Position numbers and translations under genes: made by a program
Notes under the pieces: model-generated
What the model was told of the DNA's origin: nothing
The model's input: the letters and a program-made list of their open reading frames with translations, nothing else
The model's database searches: none
Assembly: GCA_944350265.1 (NCBI GenBank)
Contig: CALVOG010000006.1
Span: 6,709-70,708 of the forward strand
From: an uncultured Clostridia bacterium
GTDB taxonomy: Bacteria > Bacillota > Clostridia > Christensenellales > UBA1242
Direction: 5' to 3'
DNA length: 64,000 bases
In this document: positions 38,191 through 45,255 of the stretch, piece by piece
How the letters are laid out: each line of letters opens with the position of its first letter
How positions within the stretch are numbered: the stretch's first letter is position 1

Positions 38191-39294
38191 GTGGAAGATA
38201 TTGAACTTCTAAACGACACTTTTAACCTCTATATGCAAAAGGGGAAAGAGGCGAAAGAAAAGGGAAATTTTGCGCTGGCGAAGCGTAATTTTATGCTCGC
38301 GGGCGAAACAATGATGAAAATGGCAAAGGCGAGTAAGGGCGCTCTTCGCGAGGCACGCCTGACGCGCGCAAGGCGGATTGTGGAGTTGTCGAGCGATTTA
38401 AAAGAGAAGAAAAAAGAAGAAAATGCCGATGACGACGTTAAAAAATGGCAGTCCGCAGAGGTTCCTAACATCGGTTTTAAGGACGTCGCTGGGCTTGATG
38501 ACGTTAAAAAAGCGATAAAAATTAGAATGATAAATCCTTATCTTCACCCTGATAAATATAAACTCTACAACAAAAAAACAGGCGGAGGCGTGCTTTTGTA
38601 TGGTCCTCCTGGCACTGGCAAAACGATGATTGCCAAGGCGATTGCAAACGAGGTTGGTGCCAAATTTTATGCTGTCAAAGGTTCTGACATCGTTTCAAAA
38701 TGGGTGGGCGAAAGTGAGAAGAACATAAATTCGCTCTTTGAGGAGGCGAATAAGCAACAGCGTGCGATAATCTTTATCGACGAAATGGACAGCCTTTTGG
38801 GGAAGCGTGGCGTTGACACTCATAACGACAAAAGAGTGAACGAATTTTTGCAACAAATGGACGGGTTCAGCGGGAAAAATCCCAACCTTCTTCTGCTTGG
38901 CGCCACAAATAGACCGTGGGATATCGACAGTGCGGTTTTGCGCTCGGGGCGTTTTTCGCAAAAGATTTACATTCCTTTGCCAGACGCTGATGCAAGGCGG
39001 TTTATGATTGAAAAAAGTATGAAAAACGTGCCAACCAGCAAGGATTTCAGCGTCGATAAAATAGTTCAAAAAACCGAACTTTTCAGTGGTGCCGACATCG
39101 ACGAACTATGCGACCGCGCGAAAGACGAGCCTCTTTTAAAAGCGATTGCCACTAACAGCGTTGTGGAGGTCACAAACAAAGATTTCGACGAGGTTTTGAA
39201 GGTTTTTCCGCCAAGCGTGACGGAAGGCGACTTAAAAATGTTCGATAAATTTAATGAGGATATCAACAGTTTGATTTCAAAAAAGAAGAAATGA
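38191..39294 (+). CDS. Vps4-like AAA ATPase (MIT-like N-terminal helical domain + one classic-clade AAA cassette)
   Basis: GTG start 5-6 nt after AGGAG. N-terminal 75 aa or so form a helical bundle (LYMQKGKEAKEKGNFALAKRNFMLAGETMMKMAK...). GPPGTGKT, IIFIDEMD, SKWVGESEKN, GATNRPWDIDSAVLRSGRF, KIYIPLPDADAR, C-terminal FPPSVTEGDLKMFDKF. Confidence 0.7.
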   Translation: MEDIELLNDTFNLYMQKGKEAKEKGNFALAKRNFMLAGETMMKMAKASKGALREARLTRARRIVELSSDLKEKKKEENADDDVKKWQSAEVPNIGFKDVAGLDDVKKAIKIRMINPYLHPDKYKLYNKKTGGGVLLYGPPGTGKTMIAKAIANEVGAKFYAVKGSDIVSKWVGESEKNINSLFEEANKQQRAIIFIDEMDSLLGKRGVDTHNDKRVNEFLQQMDGFSGKNPNLLLLGATNRPWDIDSAVLRSGRFSQKIYIPLPDADARRFMIEKSMKNVPTSKDFSVDKIVQKTELFSGADIDELCDRAKDEPLLKAIATNSVVEVTNKDFDEVLKVFPPSVTEGDLKMFDKFNEDINSLISKKKK

Positions 39295-42200
39295 GAGAAA
39301 GAGTTTGTTCAAATTGCGGAGGCAAGAGATATGTTGAAGTTGCGCAGAACACCTATAAATGCTTGTTCTGCGGAACTATCTATGTCGACGAAAAGGGCGC
39401 GACCGAAGAGGACGTCCTCTTAGTTGGCGCTAACGAAAAACTAAGGGCGCTTCAATTTGGCGAGGCGGAGAAGGAATTTGACAAAATAATTTCGCTCTAT
39501 CCAAAGTCATACGAGGCGTTTTTTGGGCGGGTGCTTTCTAAAAACAAGGCGAATGTTGTGGATGGCAGGACGCTCGCATTTTTTGGTGATGAAATTCACT
39601 CGTTCTTTGGCGATGAGGACTTTGAAAAGGCGACCTCTTTCGCGCCAAGAGAAATAAAGGAAAACTACGAAGCGCTTGCAAAATTCGCCGATGTGGTTCG
39701 AAAAAATCTTAAAAATACCACTTTTGATGTCATTTTAAATGGCAATTTTCGCTCACCTCACTTCAAAAAAATGAAAGAGGCGCTTAATGAGCATTCTCTT
39801 TTTACGCGTGAAGATGCGAAGAAAAATAACGCCAATTTAGAGGCGCAAGTTTTCGAAGCCACAAAAAGCGCCAAGTGCGAGGTGCTTCTTTTGGAGCGCG
39901 AAAGCGATTTGGATGACGCAAAAATCAAAAATCTTTTCCAGCGATTTGTCTATCGCATAACAAACAAACAGCGCTTTCCGTCCTCCTTTATTGTTGCGTA
40001 TGACGATAAGGTTGTGGATATTGAAAGCATAAAGGGTGCCTTCCCTTTCTTGCAGGTTTTGTTGTCCGTCAACGAAATTTCCTTTTTATATGATTTAAAA
40101 AATTATGTCAAAAAGGCGGTGGAGAAGGAATTTAACCAAACCGTGACGCTTGAAAAGAGGGAGGTTGAGAGGGTGAGTCCAACGCTCACAAATCCAACTG
40201 TCATAGAGCCGAAGGAACTTGGCACATACAAAATCGAAAACGCCACGCTTTCCGACCAAAATAAGACCAAGTGGATTTTCTATTCTTTAAAAAACGGCGA
40301 TTTTCAAACGGCGGAGAAATTAATCGCAGAGCAAACCACAAAAACGGGCGAGATTGCGTTTGCTTCGCTCTTACTTGCCGAAAATTTGCGGACGCCTGAG
40401 GAGTTTTTCTCCAGCCTCGACAACTTCAAAAACAAGGAACTATTGGAAGACATTTTGAAATATTCAAGCAAAGAGTTTGCCGAAAAATTCATCAATCGCT
40501 GGGAGGAACTTGTTGTCAATGAGAACGACGCCGACACTTACATCAAATACCTGCCGTTTTTGGTGCCGTATGAAAATTCTTACCGCGAAACATTCTTAAA
40601 AAATGCGGAAAACTTAGCACTCGACACGCAAAACAAGGCGCTTGTTGAGTGTGTTGAAAAGGCAATTTCAAACGGCGACGAACTTGTCAATTTTTACTTT
40701 CAACTCGCGCAAAAAACGGGCGATGAGGGATATTATCAAAAGGTGCTTTCGCTCAATTCTGGGCACGCGCCAAGTTTGTTTGCGCTTTTTATGAAAAATT
40801 TTTCATCTCCGCAAGAAAAACTCTCTTTCCGCGATGATGAAAAGGTGAAAAATGTCTTAAAATTTTGCACCTCTTCGCAAAAGGACGCCTTTTTAACCAG
40901 CCTTATAAGTCAAATTCTCGACGTTGCGTTTTTTGATTTGAAAAGTGCCGAAAAGCAGTTTGACTACTATCTTTCCTATTTTGACCACCCGCAGGAAGCG
41001 CTTAAAAAAATTGGAAGCACGCTGAAAAGTTGTGGTTTTTTCACTCTTGCGGAAAAATATATCACCTTGGCAATCGGCAACGCCAAAACGGACGCGTCGC
41101 TCTATTTTGAACTCCTAGAAATCAAAGCGCACGCCAGAAGTGAAGCGGAATTATTGACCACCAGCGTGAAACTGGCGGAGATGGACGATTTTAAAAACGT
41201 TCTTTCCTATGCCAGCGAGCGCGACGCCGAACACTACGCGCAAATTGTGGCTAATGCCAACATAAACTCGGCGCAGAAGGTGTTTCGCGCGGAGGTTTTA
41301 GACAAGATTTCTCTCAAAGAAAAACTTAAAGAATTTATCCTTCGTAACGACAAAATATTAAACGAGGTCGACGACGAGGCAACGGCAAAATATTATCGCG
41401 CCGAAATTTTTGCCTTTGAAAATTATTTCGAAAAAATCGACGACGCCACGAATTTTGAAGTGTATATGGAAATTGTCGACAGGGTGGACGCGCGATTGGA
41501 GGCACTTAATCTCACCCTCGACTCGTCAATTAGCCTTGCTGATATCGCCGTGAAAAGCGAGCGGTATGGGCGGGTATTGCGCGAGGAAAAGAATAGGGCG
41601 GAGCGGTATCTCACCGATGAGGAGCGCGCCTCTCGCAAGAAAAAACGAGACATCATTCTCTTCTTAACCCTTCTTATTTTGCCAACAGTTTTGTGCAGTT
41701 TGCTTTTTGTGTTTGTGCTTATTTTTCCAAAGAGTATGTATATGTCAATCTCGCAAGAGGCGGTGATTGCGGTTGCGCTTTTCTCGCTTGCACTTGGAAT
41801 TGGCGCATTCATTTTCAACCTTTTCAAAAAAAACACAAAAGAGTTTTATCGCGTTTCCAGGCTTTGTATTTTTGCAGTTTCGATTGTCAACTTGTTTTTG
41901 ATGCTAATCGGGCTGTATGTTGCCCCGCCAAGTCTGGAGGTGACAAGTGCGAAGGAGTTTACGAAACTTGTCCACAACGCCAAATATGCCAACATTTTGG
42001 TTATGGACGACCTCGATTTTGAGGGAGAAACTTTCAAACCGCAAAACTTTTACGGCACCGTTAAGGGTGGTGACCATAAGATTTACAACTTTTCCGCATC
42101 GGCACTCTTTTCCTCTTTAAGTGGCGAAGTTGTAAACCTCAATATTGAATTTGTCGAAACTGAGGAATTTTACGGACTAACCAAAACTCTCAGCGGAAAG

Positions 42201-42911
42201 TTGGAAAACTGCAATGTCAGAGCCACTTTTTCGGCAACTAGCGACGGTGCTTATGGCGGACTTGCGGGCACGGTCGATGGCGGAGAGATTACATCTTGCA
42301 CCACAAACTTAAGTTTAAACATTAGTGGCGAGATTGTTTTCGGTGGGCTTGTTGGCAATTTCGAGGACGGAAAAATCACAAAATCGCGGGCAAATATAAA
42401 CGGTGATATCAGTGGGAACGGAATCTACGGCGGGCTTGTGGGCTATGCTGGCAGTGGCGAGATTAGCGAAAGTTATGCTGAGGTTGACCTGTCGCTTGTC
42501 GCTGACAACGCCATTTTCGGTGGGCTCGTTGGGCGTAACCGTGGCAACATTTCAAACTCTTATTCGCAAGGGATGGTGCAGGTGGAAGGCGAAAATAACC
42601 TTCTTGGTGGAATTGCGGGCGAATTTTTTAGGCGCAATAAAGTGATTGAAAAATCCTATTCAAACCTCTCATTCAGTTTAAACGATTTTGGCGGAATTGT
42701 GGGCGCTTTTAAAGAGGGAAAGATTGAAAATTCCTTTGCTTTCACCGGCGAAAAAATCTATCTCACCAAAGGCACAGAGCGTTTGGCGCCTGAGCCAGAA
42801 AACACCACTATTCTTTCGGTTGAAGAATTTGAAAACTCCTTCAATTTAAGTGAGGATATTTGGGAAATTGAAAATGGTAAAGCGCCAAAACTCAAAGCGT
42901 TTTCAAATTAA
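39291..42911 (+). CDS. 1206-aa membrane protein: N-terminal zinc ribbon + TPR-like/helical cytoplasmic region, 3 TM helices, C-terminal extracytoplasmic GLUG-motif repeat domain
   Basis: ATGA overlap with the ATPase gene. CSNCGGKRYVEVAQNTYKCLFCG. TM helices at about 41650-41930 (ILFLTLLILPTVLCSLLFVFVLIF, AVIAVALFSLALGIGAFIFNLF, LCIFAVSIVNLFLMLIGLYV). GLUG repeats at about 42240-42740 (YGGLAGTVDGGEITSC, FGGLVGNFEDGKITKS, YGGLVGYAGSGEISESY, FGGLVGRNRGNISNSY, LGGIAGEF, FGGIVGAFKEGKIENSF). Confidence 0.7.
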   Translation: MRERVCSNCGGKRYVEVAQNTYKCLFCGTIYVDEKGATEEDVLLVGANEKLRALQFGEAEKEFDKIISLYPKSYEAFFGRVLSKNKANVVDGRTLAFFGDEIHSFFGDEDFEKATSFAPREIKENYEALAKFADVVRKNLKNTTFDVILNGNFRSPHFKKMKEALNEHSLFTREDAKKNNANLEAQVFEATKSAKCEVLLLERESDLDDAKIKNLFQRFVYRITNKQRFPSSFIVAYDDKVVDIESIKGAFPFLQVLLSVNEISFLYDLKNYVKKAVEKEFNQTVTLEKREVERVSPTLTNPTVIEPKELGTYKIENATLSDQNKTKWIFYSLKNGDFQTAEKLIAEQTTKTGEIAFASLLLAENLRTPEEFFSSLDNFKNKELLEDILKYSSKEFAEKFINRWEELVVNENDADTYIKYLPFLVPYENSYRETFLKNAENLALDTQNKALVECVEKAISNGDELVNFYFQLAQKTGDEGYYQKVLSLNSGHAPSLFALFMKNFSSPQEKLSFRDDEKVKNVLKFCTSSQKDAFLTSLISQILDVAFFDLKSAEKQFDYYLSYFDHPQEALKKIGSTLKSCGFFTLAEKYITLAIGNAKTDASLYFELLEIKAHARSEAELLTTSVKLAEMDDFKNVLSYASERDAEHYAQIVANANINSAQKVFRAEVLDKISLKEKLKEFILRNDKILNEVDDEATAKYYRAEIFAFENYFEKIDDATNFEVYMEIVDRVDARLEALNLTLDSSISLADIAVKSERYGRVLREEKNRAERYLTDEERASRKKKRDIILFLTLLILPTVLCSLLFVFVLIFPKSMYMSISQEAVIAVALFSLALGIGAFIFNLFKKNTKEFYRVSRLCIFAVSIVNLFLMLIGLYVAPPSLEVTSAKEFTKLVHNAKYANILVMDDLDFEGETFKPQNFYGTVKGGDHKIYNFSASALFSSLSGEVVNLNIEFVETEEFYGLTKTLSGKLENCNVRATFSATSDGAYGGLAGTVDGGEITSCTTNLSLNISGEIVFGGLVGNFEDGKITKSRANINGDISGNGIYGGLVGYAGSGEISESYAEVDLSLVADNAIFGGLVGRNRGNISNSYSQGMVQVEGENNLLGGIAGEFFRRNKVIEKSYSNLSFSLNDFGGIVGAFKEGKIENSFAFTGEKIYLTKGTERLAPEPENTTILSVEEFENSFNLSEDIWEIENGKAPKLKAFSN

Positions 42912-43057
42912 AAATTTAAAATTTATAAAAAATTAATGAAAAACACATAAAAAACGCATAAAAAACCATTAAAAATGTGAAAAAAATAGAAAAACTAAAT
43001 TACACCGAATAGAAAAGTAAATTAAAATATAAAAAAACGATGTTGATTTAATAAAAA

Positions 43058-43098
43058 CATATTGAAATGAGTTTTCCTCAAATCAATATGCTTTTTTA
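43058..43098 (+). terminator. probable terminator of the 7-gene operon (imperfect hairpin + T-run)
   Basis: CATATTGAAATGAG..CTCAAATCAATATG (12 of 14 positions pair) followed by CTTTTTTATT. Confidence 0.5.
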
Positions 43099-43306
43099 TT
43101 GGGAGTTTGCAATTATATCATAAATTAGCCAGCGATTGACAATATCACATTTGTATATAGCGATTTGTCGCGCAAATATCGTAGTCAACGCACCCTAATA
43201 TGCTAGCGATTTGGCGCGTCAAATATTATAACTCACACGCCTAAATTATTACTTGCCATTTGTTTGTTAATCTTGTTTTCTTAGATTAATTATGACGGCA
43301 AATTTT

Positions 43307-43801
43307 TCAAATCTCCTTTACCAAAACATTGGCGTTAAGGTAAGTGAAATCGCTTGCGGTTGTGTTTTGCAAACTTAATGTTGAGGTTGAAAGCACGGTT
43401 AAGACAACCGTTTTCGTTAGTGCCACATTATTCCCGGCGGTGCCAGAAACGGTGGTTGTGGAGTTTGGCAAGAGCGCGCCATTATCATAAAGTGCCACGC
43501 TTGCCGTGCCACCAGCAGGTATTGTGCTGTTGACGGAATAGGTGATTTCATATTCGCCCGGCGTTAAAGTTATGGCGCCCAACGTGGTGCTTTGCGTGAT
43601 TTTACTTCCGCGTGACGATGCTAACGTGAGCGGAATGATTGAGTTTGCGGTAGCAGTTCCGCCAGTGCTCACAAAATAGCCAAACGAGGTTGGTAAAACC
43701 GGGTTTATAATGCTGTTCCCCTCGTCGCAGTCGCCAAATATGAAGATTGGGCGAGGAGTGGTGGGATAACAAAAACCTCCACATCGTGTGAAACAAGTCA
43801 T
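43307..43801 (-). CDS. hypothetical protein with an N-terminal Cys cluster and a BclA-C-terminal/C1q-like beta-rich domain (possible spore-surface protein)
   Basis: SD AAGGAG. N-terminal MTCFTRCGGFCYP..GDCDEG. C-terminal pattern ..TLTPGEYEITYSVNSTIPAGGTASVALYDNGALLPNSTTTVSGTAGNNVALTKTVVLTV..TLSLQN.. resembles exosporium BclA-CTD-type jelly rolls (recalled). Confidence 0.5.
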   Translation of the reverse strand: MTCFTRCGGFCYPTTPRPIFIFGDCDEGNSIINPVLPTSFGYFVSTGGTATANSIIPLTLASSRGSKITQSTTLGAITLTPGEYEITYSVNSTIPAGGTASVALYDNGALLPNSTTTVSGTAGNNVALTKTVVLTVLSTSTLSLQNTTASDFTYLNANVLVKEI

Positions 43802-43979
43802 TTTTTTCTCCTTTTGACGAATTGCTCGTCATTACAATCTATTATCGTTTGCGAAAAAAAGTGTGTTGAACTTCGCTTTGAATAACTCCCGTCGCATTTC
43901 AACATCCCCCCTCTCGTTAGCATCACAAAATAAAAAATACGGAGAAATCCGTATTTTTTTGTATTTAGGCTTAATTTTT

Positions 43980-44368
43980 AACTAACTATTTATCAATTTA
44001 ATTAACTATAAATTAGTTTTAATATTAAGTGAACTCTTAATATTTTCATTATTTTTCTTAATATTTTTATTATTTTGTATTAATATTTGATAAAAATTCA
44101 TTATTTTTATTAACAAATTGATATTTTTAATAAAAATTATATTATTTTTGATTAATTTATCTAACAATTTTAAATTTTAATCAGTTTTTTTGTCAGTAAT
44201 TAACTAACTTTCGTTAATTTCATTGATATTTAATTAATTTTTAAGTTTTTTAATTAAATTTTGGCAAAATTAATTATTTTTTTGATTTTTAATTAATTTT
44301 AAACCATTTTTTTGTATTTTTTACTAGTTTTTTTAGATTTTTTGATTTTTTTAACAATTAATCAATTT
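43980..44368. other. 390-bp almost G/C-free spacer, T-rich on + (A-rich on the sense strand of the flanking minus-strand genes)
   Basis: Long runs of TTAATTAA / ATTTTTAAT words between hsp20 and the 43307-43801 gene. Confidence 0.7.
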
Positions 44369-44782
44369 TTATTTAATTTCAATGTGATTTCTGGTTGGCA
44401 CTTTCTTGTCCTTAGGTAAAAGAATAGAAAGCACTCCGTTTTCAAGGCGAGCGTCAATTTCGTTTTCTTTAACATCGCCAACATAAAATTTTCTTGTCAA
44501 TTCGCCATAACTTCGCTCCCTTCGAATGAAATTGCCCTTTTTATCTTTCTCATCTGCGTGGTGTTCCCTTTTTGCTGAGATTGTCAAGTAGCCATCCTCA
44601 AGGTCCAAATGAACATCCTTCTTGTCAACGCCAGGCAACTCCATTTGAAGTTCATAGCCATCCTCGGTTTCTTTCACGTCAGTTAGCATACGTGCCTTTT
44701 TGTTGTAACCTCCAAAGTCGAAAAATGGGAACAAAAAGTCCTCAAAATCATCTCTTAAACTCAAATCAAATTTGTCTTTCAT
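44369..44782 (-). CDS. small heat-shock protein, Hsp20/alpha-crystallin family
   Basis: Alpha-crystallin domain DVKETEDGYELQMELPGVDKKDVHLDLEDGYLTISAKR...ENGVLSILLPK. SD AAAGGAGG. Confidence 0.9.
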   Translation of the reverse strand: MKDKFDLSLRDDFEDFLFPFFDFGGYNKKARMLTDVKETEDGYELQMELPGVDKKDVHLDLEDGYLTISAKREHHADEKDKKGNFIRRERSYGELTRKFYVGDVKENEIDARLENGVLSILLPKDKKVPTRNHIEIK

Positions 44783-44875
44783 AACATACCTCCTTTAAAT
44801 TTGTATTATTTCGATTTGGGAAAATTTTAAACCTAACTGCGCATTTAGGTCCCTTCATCTCTTAATACATTCACA

Positions 44876-44918
44876 ATTATACAACCATAGTGCTAGCAAT
44901 GTCAACTAAATAGTGCTA
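44876..44918 (-). promoter_or_regulatory. hsp20 promoter (TTGACA-18-TATAAT) embedded between two direct 9-bp repeats that resemble a CIRCE half-site
   Basis: On the minus strand: TTAGCACTAT..TTGACA..CTAGCACTAT..TATAAT. Plus-strand coordinates: -10 at 44876-44881, -35 at 44900-44905, repeats ATAGTGCTA at 44887-44895 and 44910-44918. Confidence 0.55.
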
Positions 44919-45024
44919 ATTTTTTAAAAATTTTTTTAACAAACTAACCAAGCGCGCTTGAAGTGTGTTTTTGGTTATTATATGAAAAGCGGAAACGAGC
45001 TGACAAAGCACGCAAAGAGTTTTT

Positions 45025-45093
45025 AAGAGGATAGAATAGACATTCGCGGGCGGTGGCTACGACGAGATTCTTCGCCGTTGGCTCAGAATGACA
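45025..45093 (-). repeat. dispersed composite repeat (R2 + R1, reverse orientation); left arm of an inverted pair
   Basis: AAGAGGATAGAATAGACATTCGCGGGCGGTGG + CTACGACGAGATTCTTCGCCGTTGGCTCAGAATGACA. Confidence 0.8.
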
Positions 45094-45220
45094 AATAACT
45101 ACCCTGCCGTTGGTTTATGTAATACTGCGCGTTAAACGATAGAAGAAAACATAATACGTAACATCAAAACGTCACAGTGTGGTTATAATAAAGCGTATAC
45201 CGCAAGGCGATACCATTAAA

Positions 45221-45255
45221 TGTCATTCTGAGGCAACGCCGAAGAATGGTCGTAG
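45221..45255 (+). repeat. dispersed hairpin repeat R1 (forward); right arm of the inverted pair with 45057-45093
   Basis: TGTCATTCTGAGGCAACGCCGAAGAATGGTCGTAG. The two arms enclose about 127 bp, a MITE-like layout. Confidence 0.8.

Noticed and set aside
44876-44930. Canonical CIRCE (HrcA operator) at the hsp20 promoter
   Set aside because: The two TTAGCACT-like 9-mers are direct repeats, not the inverted TTAGCACTC-N9-GAGTGCTAA structure. Reported as a variant motif only.
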